A DNA stretch of 64,000 nt from an uncultured Gammaproteobacteria bacterium (GCA_964491475.1 CAZBFO010000002.1:208501-272500); one strand, 5' to 3'; positions 1 through 9,260 are shown, counted from the stretch's first letter. Notes: generated from the letters alone by a model not told the origin. Numbers and translations are program-made.

Positions 1-445
1 GTCCGGCGGTGACCGCCTTGGGCAGCGCGCAGCGGCTGATCACCTGCATGTTGTCGATGGAAAGGATCGGCAGGCGGTGGAGCTTGCCGAACAGGTAGGC
101 CCATGACTCGAAGTCGCTTACCACCACGTCCGGCTTGAACTCGTCGAGCAGGTCGAAGTACGCCCGGATGTTCTGCGGGATGCCCGCAGCGCTGGCCTTG
201 GCGTTGGAGAGCAGCGTGGCCAGCGGCTTCACGCGGTTCTCCTCGTAGATCATGTGCAGCCCGTGGATGCGATTGACCCCTTCGAATCGCTTGGAAAGGA
301 AGTCGACCGCCCGCCCCGAGGCGATGATCTCCACGTCGTGCCCCTGCGAAACCAAATGCTCCAAAATGACGCGCGAACGCATGGCATGTCCCATGCCCTC
401 GCCGACGACGCCGTACAGGATTTTCATGGGTGTCACTTTCTTCAT
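1..445 (-). CDS. Glycosyltransferase (GT1/MurG-like fold), N-terminal part; the 3' end runs off the window edge
   Basis: Reverse-strand translation from about 445 (alternative start 451) reads MKKVTPMKILYGVVGEGMGHAMRSRVILEHLVSQGHDVEIIASGRA... This G-rich N-terminal loop and Rossmann fold is typical of MJ1255/MurG-type glycosyltransferases. There is no stop in the window, so it is absent from the ORF track. Confidence 0.5.
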   Translation of the reverse strand, partial: MKKVTPMKILYGVVGEGMGHAMRSRVILEHLVSQGHDVEIIASGRAVDFLSKRFEGVNRIHGLHMIYEENRVKPLATLLSNAKASAAGIPQNIRAYFDLLDEFKPDVVVSDFESWAYLFGKLHRLPILSIDNMQVISRCALPKAVTAG

Positions 446-508
446 GCGCATGGCCGTGAAGCCAGTGAAAGTGTACAGCGGCAGGGGAGCAGGCTCAAGT
501 TCCTTATG

Positions 509-528
509 AAAAAAGCCCCGAAGGGCTT
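509..528 (-). terminator. Rho-independent terminator downstream of the kinase gene
   Basis: Plus strand reads aaaaaagccccgaagggctt. The stem aagccc/gggctt with a cgaa loop is followed on the minus strand by a U-run. Confidence 0.5.
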
Positions 529-534
529 GCCCGT

Positions 535-1119
535 TCAGAGCTTAAGCAGCAACGACAGTTCCGCGGCGATGCGTTCCTGCGGCAACCGTCCGTCGAAGCG
601 ATGCGGACGATGCAGCTTGTACCAGTGGGTGTCGTATGCCTTGTGCAGCCCCTTCAGAAAATCCGGCTGCATGGCCAGGTCGTCCGCGGCCAGCTGCTTG
701 CGTCCCTTGTGGCGCTCCAGCGACAGCTCCGGCTCGACGGTCATGTAGACCGTGCGCTCCACCAGCTTGTAGTAGTGCGAGAAGACGGTCTGCAGCGCCA
801 ACCGTTCCTGCGAGCTGATGCTGCCGCGGCCGCAATCGAACTCCGACCAGATGCGGACGTCGTTCCATCCGCGATCCAGGAACAACACGTCCGGCGGCTG
901 CGCCGACTGCCGATGCGCGTGGTAGCACTCGACCGCCTGCGAAGCCACGACCACATGGAACATCAGCCGGTCCGCCGGCGGCGTGTGCGTCCGCTCGATC
1001 CGTCCGCGGTCGCTGGTGGTCACGGCGGTCAGGCCTTTGGCCTGGCAACGCGCGATGAGCGCCTCGATCTGGGTGCTTTTACCGGCACCCGGCGGTCCTA
1101 CGAACTCGATGACCCGCAT
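535..1119 (-). CDS. P-loop NTPase, deoxynucleoside/nucleotide kinase-like
   Basis: Walker A GPPGAGKST lies near the N-terminus, followed by a LFLDRG motif. At 194 aa it is kinase-sized. Confidence 0.5.
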   Translation of the reverse strand: MRVIEFVGPPGAGKSTQIEALIARCQAKGLTAVTTSDRGRIERTHTPPADRLMFHVVVASQAVECYHAHRQSAQPPDVLFLDRGWNDVRIWSEFDCGRGSISSQERLALQTVFSHYYKLVERTVYMTVEPELSLERHKGRKQLAADDLAMQPDFLKGLHKAYDTHWYKLHRPHRFDGRLPQERIAAELSLLLKL

Positions 1120-1194
1120 GGGGTGCTCCTCGTGTGAAAGGGCTTTTGGGGGGAGGGTAGCGGATTGCGGGGGCGGTGTCTAGGTGGGCGACGG

Positions 1195-1689
1195 TCAACT
1201 AGAACTGCGCGGACGTTTTTGCAATATCAGCAGCGTGATCGTTTTAAAGTCAGAAGTCGGAACGTCCAGCGTGAATGCTTCCTTCGTCTGCCAGTGAAGC
1301 TGTACGGCGGCCGGAAGCGCAAAAGATGCGGGCACCATCACATACAGTCTTCCGTCGGCACGTAGGGCGGTCGGCAATAGCTCCGCGAACAATGTATCGA
1401 CGAATTCAGGCGGCATGCGCTGCAGCGACATTCGCGCGACGATCAGGTCATATGCGGCCACGGGCTTTTTTGCCGAAAAAAATTCCGCCGCGCTTTCGCG
1501 GTACAGGGTGACGCCCGTCGGCGGCATCTCGGCATCGTCGGACAGGAACGGCTCGATGGCATCAACGACGCATCCCGCATCGGCCATCTGCGCAGCCTGA
1601 TTGAGCCGCCCAGCGCCAATATCAAGAGCCGTCCGAGGGCGCTCGGCTTCGAGAAGCGTTTGAAGGAAGGTGTCGATGAATCGTTCCAT
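1195..1689 (-). CDS. Class I SAM-dependent methyltransferase
   Basis: SAM motif LDIGAG. I trimmed the start to MERFIDTF at 1689 because a hairpin for the upstream gene lies at 1738-1757, inside the longer ORF-track extension. Confidence 0.5.
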   Translation of the reverse strand: MERFIDTFLQTLLEAERPRTALDIGAGRLNQAAQMADAGCVVDAIEPFLSDDAEMPPTGVTLYRESAAEFFSAKKPVAAYDLIVARMSLQRMPPEFVDTLFAELLPTALRADGRLYVMVPASFALPAAVQLHWQTKEAFTLDVPTSDFKTITLLILQKRPRSSS

Positions 1690-1761
1690 GGTCGTACGAC
1701 TGCATTTTAAGAGTAAGCCGGGCAAAGAGTAAAGAAAAACCCGCAAAAGCGGGGTGGGCGC

Positions 1762-2217
1762 TCATGAAGCCTTGTTCTGCAGAAGCAGCAGCAAGTGTTG
1801 GTTCATGTACGGGATCATGTCTCGTAACGAGGCGTTGTTGCGACTGTCGCATCCTTCCGAGCAATAGTTCTTGTCGCACATACGGGCCGTGCCCGGCGGC
1901 GTCGACAGGACGTGGTACCAGTACTTCGGATTCAGCTCGCCGAAGGCTTCCTCGGCGATCGCCTTGATGTCCGGCCGGTTGCCCACGTGCGGCGTTTCCG
2001 TCGGCTGGTGGTGCAGGAAACGTCCTGCATGCGTGACGCAGAAGTTGAAGTAGTCCGCCGTAAACAGGATGAACACGTGCCACATCTCGTCGACATCCGC
2101 GCTGGCGGGGGACGAGGCGTGAAGCTGCGTGCAGACCCACAAGAACTTCATCAGTTCCTGCCACACCGCTTCGCCTTCATTGGGACTGGCGTTATGCAGT
2201 TGGCAGTAGCGCTTCAC
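1762..2217 (-). CDS. Hypothetical protein (151 aa, GTG start)
   Basis: Full ORF with varied, Cys/His/Trp-containing composition. The overlapping 180-aa ORF in the other frame is Arg/Ala-rich GC-frame noise. Confidence 0.4.
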   Translation of the reverse strand: MKRYCQLHNASPNEGEAVWQELMKFLWVCTQLHASSPASADVDEMWHVFILFTADYFNFCVTHAGRFLHHQPTETPHVGNRPDIKAIAEEAFGELNPKYWYHVLSTPPGTARMCDKNYCSEGCDSRNNASLRDMIPYMNQHLLLLLQNKAS

Positions 2218-2391
2218 GGCGCGTTCGTGCCGATAGGCGAGGAACGCTTCGGGTCCTTTGGCGAGGTCGGCGAGGGGATTACGGCTTTCGGTCGTAGCGG
2301 TTTCGTGCGTTTGAACGAGCGACGCGGCTTCCGTGGTCAGCTCCTTTGGTTGTGGTGACTGGAATCAGCTCCTCCGTTCTAGCAGGAGCTT

Positions 2392-2422
2392 AAAATACTG
2401 TCAAGTATCTTTACAGTATTTT
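2392..2422. promoter_or_regulatory. Perfect 10-bp inverted repeat AAAATACTGT-N11-ACAGTATTTT (operator-like) at the island boundary
   Basis: Read directly from the sequence. It is preceded by a 7-bp GC hairpin agctcct/aggagct at 2367-2390 and followed by TTGACA at 2434-2439. Confidence 0.4.
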
Positions 2423-2475
2423 GTGTCAGATGTTTGACAAGAGTATGGGATAGGGCTAGTTTTCGGCCCGTGCTT

Positions 2476-2811
2476 ATGGTTAAAAAGACGAAGTTTAATT
2501 ACTTTTTGGAACCCGGGCCAGACCGCCTCTTTGTAAGTTTTTGGACGGAATCGCGACCGAAGCGGGCAGCGAAAATCACCCGTTTTCACATACGCTATCA
2601 GGCGGTAATAGATGGCAGGCCATGCAACGTGATCGAGTTCGACAATTGCCACGGCTCGGCGCATGAGCATCGTTACGACAGGGCGGGCAACAAAGGTGGC
2701 GCCAAGAATTTGTTTCTGGGGCACGATACCGGAGCGACGTTCAGGAAGATCTACAATGAACTGAAGGGCGGGCTTTATAAAATCCACAGAGATTGGTATA
2801 TTCATCAGTGA
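2476..2811 (+). CDS. Small Vsr/DUF559-like (PD-(D/E)xK fold) endonuclease-domain protein
   Basis: ATG at 2476; the ORF-track start at 2434 is the TTG of a TTGACA box. The motif string RYQAVIDGRPCNVIEFDNCHGSAHEH resembles the DUF559/Vsr core (RRQ..YIVDFxC..IELDG..H). It lies in a low-GC region. Confidence 0.4.
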   Translation: MVKKTKFNYFLEPGPDRLFVSFWTESRPKRAAKITRFHIRYQAVIDGRPCNVIEFDNCHGSAHEHRYDRAGNKGGAKNLFLGHDTGATFRKIYNELKGGLYKIHRDWYIHQ

Positions 2812-2812
2812 T

Positions 2813-3079
2813 ATGTCAGATACAGCCGTCATCAAATTGAATCTCGCGCTGTCCAACTCGTTCCATCGGTATCTCATTCAGCATCCCGAGATAATGGACA
2901 AGGTGCCCAAGAGCGCCTCAATTTTCTTCGTGTCACCCAAACACCCCAAACTCACTCGCAAGAATCTCGCATTTGCCGAGACGGTGGCCAAGAAGTACAA
3001 GGCGAAGTGCTATGCGGCTTCGAAGCATTCGCGCGGGTGGAAGGTTTCGAAGATTGAGTTTGGGAAGGCGGGGAAGTGA
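2813..3079 (+). CDS. Hypothetical 88-aa basic protein, translationally coupled to the upstream ORF
   Basis: It starts 2 nt after the upstream stop and has AT-rich codon usage like its neighbours. No motif recognised. Confidence 0.35.
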   Translation: MSDTAVIKLNLALSNSFHRYLIQHPEIMDKVPKSASIFFVSPKHPKLTRKNLAFAETVAKKYKAKCYAASKHSRGWKVSKIEFGKAGK

Positions 3080-3098
3080 AGGATTAGAGGAGTCAAAT

Positions 3099-3131
3099 AA
3101 AACTCCGCCGTGATTTTACGGCGGAGTTTTT
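3099..3131 (+). terminator. Rho-independent terminator (bidirectional shape)
   Basis: aaaactccgccgt-gatttt-acggcggagtttt is a perfect 13-bp stem with A-run and T-run flanks. Confidence 0.75.
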
Positions 3132-3228
3132 AAGTAGTTTTCACAAGTTTTGGCCAAATTCTCTTTCGCAGCTTTTATCCCCAGCGGGGAATCGGGTACC
3201 ATCCATTTGTGCTTTAATTACGCCAGCT

Positions 3229-4146
3229 ATGTATACGTACAAAAAACCGATTCCATTTGTCGTAGATTTGGCAGGAAAAGAAGGCTTTGCCTTTCGTGAG
3301 CAAGTTGCCGCACACCTGCATGCGCATCTTAACGTGACAGGTGCACAAAGGGGATCTGTCAAGGAACAGAGCTATGGGAAGTTGGCGGAAGCTGCGATTC
3401 GTAAGGGGCTGGGCCTTGAACCGTTTCCAGGGGACGACGAGCCCATATCCTTCGACCTGTCATTGCCGTCGGGGGTCCGGGTCGACGTAAAGTGCCGTGG
3501 TGGCGAGAAGGCATTCCAGGTGGAATACCTCGGTGGAGACGGCTTGCCGCGAGAAGCCAAGCACAATCTTTTTGCACGGCAAATATATGCGGAAAATCTC
3601 GATACGGACATTTACGTGTTGACGCACTTGCAGCATCCTGATGATGCCGAGTTGCCGGGTACTCGATTGCAGAAAAAATGGAAACTGTTCGTGTGCGGCT
3701 GGGTGTCCAAGGCTCGGGTTCTGCGCGAAGGGGTGTATCTTCCGCCGGGTGCGTTATCTGAGCGCGGAAGATCGTGGTTTGATTATCGCAGCCACGAGAT
3801 TGAATTTTACAATCATAATCTCAACGGGTTGTCCGACATTCAGGATTTGACGACAATAACGTCGACCGAAGTCGCTGCCGATGCCTCCAACACGGGTAGG
3901 CCAAACCTTACATCCGTAGACGCGGTTCGAATTTGCTATGACTTGATTGGTCGAGGCGTTCTCAACGTCGGTCACCTAGATGCGCTTACCGAAAAATTGG
4001 GTATCGACCGCGCGATTAAGCCCATTTTGCACGGAAACCAATACCACCATCTTGTCGAGTGGATGATTGAGACCGGAATTGCCGACGATGCGGCACTTAA
4101 GACTTTAAAGGAAAAAATGGCAAAAGAAGAATTTACAGGCCTATGA
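3229..4146 (+). CDS. Putative Type II restriction endonuclease (PD-(D/E)xK candidate)
   Basis: ISFDLSLPSGVRVDVKCRGGEK gives D...(D)xK spacing. The stop overlaps the start of the downstream DNA methyltransferase (ATGA at 4143-4146). Low-GC island. Confidence 0.45.
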   Translation: MYTYKKPIPFVVDLAGKEGFAFREQVAAHLHAHLNVTGAQRGSVKEQSYGKLAEAAIRKGLGLEPFPGDDEPISFDLSLPSGVRVDVKCRGGEKAFQVEYLGGDGLPREAKHNLFARQIYAENLDTDIYVLTHLQHPDDAELPGTRLQKKWKLFVCGWVSKARVLREGVYLPPGALSERGRSWFDYRSHEIEFYNHNLNGLSDIQDLTTITSTEVAADASNTGRPNLTSVDAVRICYDLIGRGVLNVGHLDALTEKLGIDRAIKPILHGNQYHHLVEWMIETGIADDAALKTLKEKMAKEEFTGL

Positions 4147-4961
4147 GCGAACTATGGCCGCGCGAAAAATTCGTGGACAAGGTTTTTGAGGCCGATTGCC
4201 TCGACATTTTGCCGCGTCTTCCAAGCGGGTCAGTGGACATGATTCTTTGCGATCTTCCCTACGGCACTACGCAAAATGGTTGGGATTGCGATATTCCGCT
4301 CGACAGACTTTGGGCGCAATACGAACGGATAATAAAACCGACGGGGGCAATCGTATTGACGGCCCAAGGGCTTTTCACGGCGAAAATCATTTTGAGCAAG
4401 CCGGAATTGTTCAAATATAAAATTGTCTGGGAGAAATCAAAACCTACGAATTTTCTGAACGCGAAGAAGCAGCCATTGAGGAAACACGAAGACATATGCA
4501 TTTTTTATAAAAAACAACCTTCATATAACCCGCAGATGGGTGTGGGGAAGCCGTACACGAAAGGCTTCCGCAAGGATCAACTGACGGGAAGTTACGGCGA
4601 CTTTGCCTCCGTGGAGGTCAAGAGTGATAGCGGACAACGGTACCCCTGCGACGTCGTGTACTTCAAAACGGCGGAGAGCGAGGGGGAGGTGTACCATCCG
4701 ACGCAGAAGCCAGTCGGCCTGGCGCGATACCTGGTGAGAACATTTACGAGACCGGGCGACGTGGTGCTCGACAACGCATGTGGAAGCGGCAGTTTTTTGG
4801 TGGCGGCCGTGCTGGAAGGAAGAAGATTTGTCGGCATTGAAAAAAATGAAAACGCCATGCTGCACAAAAAACGGACCGATTATGTTGCCGTTTGCAGGCG
4901 GCGCGTAAAGGCGGCGCAAAAGGAAGTCGTGAAAGTAGGGGTTCCAGTTGTCGTATTGTAA
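4143..4961 (+). CDS. DNA methyltransferase, beta-class N6-adenine/N4-cytosine (amino-MTase)
   Basis: Motif IV DLPYG lies near the N-terminus (residues 37-41) and motif I LDNACGSGSF near the C-terminus. This order is characteristic of beta-group amino-MTases, as in CcrM, M.HinfI and M.PvuII. Confidence 0.8.
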   Translation: MSELWPREKFVDKVFEADCLDILPRLPSGSVDMILCDLPYGTTQNGWDCDIPLDRLWAQYERIIKPTGAIVLTAQGLFTAKIILSKPELFKYKIVWEKSKPTNFLNAKKQPLRKHEDICIFYKKQPSYNPQMGVGKPYTKGFRKDQLTGSYGDFASVEVKSDSGQRYPCDVVYFKTAESEGEVYHPTQKPVGLARYLVRTFTRPGDVVLDNACGSGSFLVAAVLEGRRFVGIEKNENAMLHKKRTDYVAVCRRRVKAAQKEVVKVGVPVVVL

Positions 4962-5026
4962 AAAGGGAAGAAGTGACTATAAAATCGTCTTCTGCGCATA
5001 GTTTAAGTGTCTCCACGGCCTAGAAG

Positions 5027-8000
5027 ATGCCCACCCCTTTCATCCACCTCCACGTTCACACCAATTACAGCCTCCTCAGGGCCCTCCCCAAGCTCGATGA
5101 GCTGGTTAAGGCTGCCAAGGCGCAGGGGATGGACGCCGTGGCCCTCACCGACCATGGGGTGGTCTATGGCACCATCGAATTCATCCAGGAGTGCCAAAAG
5201 AAGGAGATCAAGCCGATCATCGGGCAGTGCGCTTACGTGGCGCTCGACAAGCTGACGGACAAGCGGCCGCGCATCGACGACCGCGCTCATCAGTTGGTGC
5301 TGCTGTGCGAGAACAACGAGGGGTATGGCAACCTGCTCAAGCTCACGACCATCGCTCACCTCGAGGGTTACTACTACCGTCCGCGCATCGACAAAGAAGT
5401 GCTGCGCGCTCACGCCAAGGGGCTCATCGGACTTAGTGGGGGAATGAGCGGCGAAATCTGCAAGGCTTTGGCAATGGATGAGTTCGGCAAAGCCGAGGCC
5501 ATCGCTCGCGAGTACAACGACATCTTCGGGCAAAACAATTTCTTCTTGGAACTCCAAGACCACCCGGAACTCGACGACCAGCAGTCGGCCAACCGCGGGC
5601 TCATCGAGCTCTCCAAGAAGACGGGGATTCCGCTCGTGGCTACAAAAGATGTTCACTACCTGAAGGCGTCCGAGGCCGAGGCGCACGACGTGCTGCTCTG
5701 CATCGGTGACGGCAAGACGCTCGACGACGACCGTCGCTCGCGCATGACCGACGCGGACTACTCTTTCGTTTCTGCCGAACACATGCAGAAGGCTTTCGCG
5801 CATGTGCCGGAAGCGGTCGAAAACACGCGCAGGATTGCCGACCGCTGCAACGTCCACCTCGACTTGGGCAAGTGGAACTTTGCCACCGTGGACGTGCCGG
5901 AAGGGGAGACTTCGGACACCTGGCTGCGCAAGATGGCGTACGACGGCATTGCCAAGAAAATCCCCGAGGTCACGCAGGAGTACACGGATCGAATCGAGTA
6001 CGAACTGGGCATCATCAACGGCAAGGGATATGCGCCGTACTTTTTGATGGTCTCGGACTACATGCGCTGGGCCGCGGAGCACGGCATCATGACCACCACT
6101 CGTGGTTCCGCCGCAGGCTCGCTGGTGTCGTATGCGGTGGACATCGTCCCCGTGAACCCGCTCACCTACAACCTCCCGTTCGAGCGCTTCCTCAACCCGT
6201 TCCGCCCCTCGCCGCCGGATATCGACGGCGACTTCGAAGATACGCGCCGCGACGAAGTGATTGCCTACGTCACGGAGAAGTACGGCAAGGACAAGGTGGC
6301 CCAGATTGGCACCTTCGGTACCATGGCCGCTCGCGGTTCGGTGCGCGACGTCGGTCGTGTGCTGGGTTTGCCGTATGCGCTGTGCGATCGCATTTCCAAA
6401 ATGATTCCGATGGGCTCGCAGGGATTCCCCATGACCATCGAGCACGCCATTGAGATCACCGCCGAACTGCGTGAGGAGATGAGCAAGGATCCGGACGTGA
6501 AGCGCTTAATTGGGTTAGCGCAACAAGTCGAAGGCTGCGCTCGCCACATGTCGGTGCATGCTGCCGGCGTGGTCATTGCTCCGCGTCCGCTCACCGAGTA
6601 CACCGCGCTGCAAAAGGAATCGGGCGGTGAGAAGCTGATCACCCAGTACGAAATGAACTCGATCGAGGCGGCGGGCGTGCTCAAGTCCGACTTCCTCGGC
6701 ATTCGCAACCTTTCGATTCTCGGCGGCGCGGTCAAGATCATCAAGAAGACCAAGGGCGTGGACATCGATATCGCCACCATTCCGCTCGATGACAAGCGCA
6801 CTTATGAGATGCTCGGACGTGGCGAAACCACCGGTTTGTTCCAGCTGAACGGCGACGGCATGACCAAGTGGCTCAAGGAACTGCGCCCCACCACCGTCCA
6901 CGACATCATGGCCATGGTGGCGCTGTACCGCCCGGGCCCGATGGAAACCATCCCGCAGTACATCAAGCGCAAGCGTGGCGACGAACCGACGACGTATCCC
7001 GACCCGCGCATGGAGAAGTACCTGAACCAGTCGTTCGGACTGATCGTCTATCAGGACGACTTGCTGTTCTCGGCCATCGAACTGGCGGGCTACTCGTGGG
7101 AAGAGGCCGACAAGTTCCGCAAAGCCGTCGGCAAGAAGATTCCGGAAGAAATGGCCAAGCAGAAGGAGAAGCTGCAGGCCGGCATCATCAAAAACGGCCA
7201 GACCAAGGAGTTCGCCGAAATGCTCTGGAAGCTGTTCGAGCCGTTCCAAGCCTACGGCTTCAACAAGGCCCACGCCTGCGCTTACGGCATGGTGGCCTAT
7301 CAGACCTCGTACCTGAAGGCCAACTGGCCGGCCGAGTACATGACCGCCGTGCTGTCCGCAGAAGCCGGCGACGCCGACACCGTGGCCACCGTCGTCACCG
7401 ACTGCGAAAAGATGGGCATCCGCGTGCTGCCGCCGGACGTGAATGAGTCGGGCGTCGACTTCACCTACATCGACGACAAATGCATCCGCTTCGGATTATT
7501 GGCGATTAAGGGCTTGGGTCACGACGTGGCCCAAGCGATGATTGACGAGCGCGAGGCCGGCGGAAAGTTCATCAGCGTCGCCGACATGGCTTCGCGCGTG
7601 CGCGGCAAGAGCTTCAATAAGAAGTCTCTCGAAGTGCTCATCAAGACCGGCGCCATCGACTGCTTGGACGAGCGTAATCATCTGCTCGCGAGCATCGATC
7701 AGATCTTGGAATACCACAAGGCCGCAGTGAAGGACTTGGCCAGCGGCCAGTCGAATTTGTTCGGGGCTGAGGGCGCCAAAGCCGTGCGCGGCGAGCTGAA
7801 ACTGCGGGCGGTCTCGGCCGCCACCAAGCGCGAGAAGCTGGCCTGGGAGCGCGAACTGCTCGGACTGTACGTTTCGGAGCACCCGTTCCGCGAGTATGCC
7901 GAGTTCTTCGGCACGGCGCTGACCAGCGTCAAGGACTTGGCTGGCAAGAAGGGCCTGCCCGGGCTGACCAACGTTGGCGGCGTCATCATGGAAGTGCGCC

Positions 8001-8536
8001 AGATTTTCACTAAGAAGAAGAACGAGCCGATGGCCTTCGTAAAACTGGAAGACATCACCGGCCCGGTAGAAGTAATCGTGTTCCCCAAGACCTACGCCGC
8101 CAACGCGCATGCCATCGCGAAGGACGCCGTGGTGCTGGTCGAAGGCAAGATCGAATCCGATCCGGAGAGGGGAGACGAGTTGAAGATCCTTGCCGAGAAG
8201 CTGACGCCTCTCACGGCGGACAACTTGGAACAGACGCGGCAGATGCTGATGCTCGCCAACCGTGCCGAAACCCGCGGCTCCAACGCCGCGCTCGACTCGT
8301 TAGGCAACGAGCGGCTGTTCATCTCCATCCCGAATCAGATTCCCAAGCAGCTGGTGGACCGACTAAAAACGGTGTTCGCCGAGCATCCGGGCAATCGCCG
8401 CGTGTGGTGGCGCGCTCGCGACCCCAAGAGCGGTGCGGTGCAGGTGATTGAATCGAAAACGTCCGTGGCGTTCTCCGGCGATCTCATCAAGGACGTGGAG
8501 GAAGTGGTCGGCAAGGGTGCGGTGTTGCAGGAATAG
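5027..8536 (+). CDS. dnaE: DNA polymerase III alpha subunit
   Basis: N-terminal PHP domain HLHVHTNYSLL...; 1169 aa; polymerase core motifs throughout. Confidence 0.95.
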   Translation: MPTPFIHLHVHTNYSLLRALPKLDELVKAAKAQGMDAVALTDHGVVYGTIEFIQECQKKEIKPIIGQCAYVALDKLTDKRPRIDDRAHQLVLLCENNEGYGNLLKLTTIAHLEGYYYRPRIDKEVLRAHAKGLIGLSGGMSGEICKALAMDEFGKAEAIAREYNDIFGQNNFFLELQDHPELDDQQSANRGLIELSKKTGIPLVATKDVHYLKASEAEAHDVLLCIGDGKTLDDDRRSRMTDADYSFVSAEHMQKAFAHVPEAVENTRRIADRCNVHLDLGKWNFATVDVPEGETSDTWLRKMAYDGIAKKIPEVTQEYTDRIEYELGIINGKGYAPYFLMVSDYMRWAAEHGIMTTTRGSAAGSLVSYAVDIVPVNPLTYNLPFERFLNPFRPSPPDIDGDFEDTRRDEVIAYVTEKYGKDKVAQIGTFGTMAARGSVRDVGRVLGLPYALCDRISKMIPMGSQGFPMTIEHAIEITAELREEMSKDPDVKRLIGLAQQVEGCARHMSVHAAGVVIAPRPLTEYTALQKESGGEKLITQYEMNSIEAAGVLKSDFLGIRNLSILGGAVKIIKKTKGVDIDIATIPLDDKRTYEMLGRGETTGLFQLNGDGMTKWLKELRPTTVHDIMAMVALYRPGPMETIPQYIKRKRGDEPTTYPDPRMEKYLNQSFGLIVYQDDLLFSAIELAGYSWEEADKFRKAVGKKIPEEMAKQKEKLQAGIIKNGQTKEFAEMLWKLFEPFQAYGFNKAHACAYGMVAYQTSYLKANWPAEYMTAVLSAEAGDADTVATVVTDCEKMGIRVLPPDVNESGVDFTYIDDKCIRFGLLAIKGLGHDVAQAMIDEREAGGKFISVADMASRVRGKSFNKKSLEVLIKTGAIDCLDERNHLLASIDQILEYHKAAVKDLASGQSNLFGAEGAKAVRGELKLRAVSAATKREKLAWERELLGLYVSEHPFREYAEFFGTALTSVKDLAGKKGLPGLTNVGGVIMEVRQIFTKKKNEPMAFVKLEDITGPVEVIVFPKTYAANAHAIAKDAVVLVEGKIESDPERGDELKILAEKLTPLTADNLEQTRQMLMLANRAETRGSNAALDSLGNERLFISIPNQIPKQLVDRLKTVFAEHPGNRRVWWRARDPKSGAVQVIESKTSVAFSGDLIKDVEEVVGKGAVLQE

Positions 8537-8585
8537 CGGCACCGTTGGTACTATCACCGTCCGCACAGTACCGAGGAGCAACAAA

Positions 8586-9260
8586 ATGGCTTCGTTCGTT
8601 CCTATCGATATCGTCGATTTCAATCGACGCATGGGCATTTCGTTCAGCGATCCGTCTCATGCGGGGAGTGCCGTCGGCTCGGTCATCGCGCTGCGCGACG
8701 TCGCGGCGGTGGAGCACGTGCAGTCGATGTCCCTCGACTACCTCACGCGGTTGCTCTCAAACGTCACGCTGGCCGGCGACCCGACGGTCCGACCGTATGC
8801 CGGCTGTGACTTGAAGCTGCTCCGCGTGGATCCGGACGGCCTGCTTTTGCCGCAGACGTTCGTCGAACGGCCGAAATACCAGCGCATCGTTGAGGGAATC
8901 ACCGACCAGCTCGGTGCCTTCACCATGACGCGCGGCATCGCCAAGCGCACGCCCAGCATCATCATCGGTCGCGACGCCGACGGCAGGCGCTGCCTGGCGC
9001 ACTATCTTCCGCCCCTCATCGAGGAGCATGGGGGAAAGCTGCAGCTGCTCGACGGCACCCATCGCTGCTTCCTGGTCCGGGCCGTCGGCACGACCATCGA
9101 GAGCGTGGTGATTCGCGGGGTCAAAGCCCCGTTTCCGTGCCAGCCCCAGCGCTGGCGAGACCTCCAGAAAGTCGACGAGAAGCCGCCGTTGGAACAGCGC
9201 TATCCGGGCCTCAACCCAGCACTTTTCCGCGACGTGAAATGCATCGGCATCGACGGGTAA
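8586..9260 (+). CDS. Hypothetical protein with a ParB/Srx-like DGTHR motif
   Basis: Start trimmed to the ATG at 8586, preceded by a gaggag RBS. KLQLLDGTHRCFL resembles the ParB/sulfiredoxin/DGQHR arginine-finger motif. Confidence 0.35.
   Translation: MASFVPIDIVDFNRRMGISFSDPSHAGSAVGSVIALRDVAAVEHVQSMSLDYLTRLLSNVTLAGDPTVRPYAGCDLKLLRVDPDGLLLPQTFVERPKYQRIVEGITDQLGAFTMTRGIAKRTPSIIIGRDADGRRCLAHYLPPLIEEHGGKLQLLDGTHRCFLVRAVGTTIESVVIRGVKAPFPCQPQRWRDLQKVDEKPPLEQRYPGLNPALFRDVKCIGIDG

Noticed and set aside
5003-6445. 480-aa ORF antisense to dnaE
   Set aside because: It is a typical high-GC antisense open frame (R/H/G-rich); dnaE is unambiguous.
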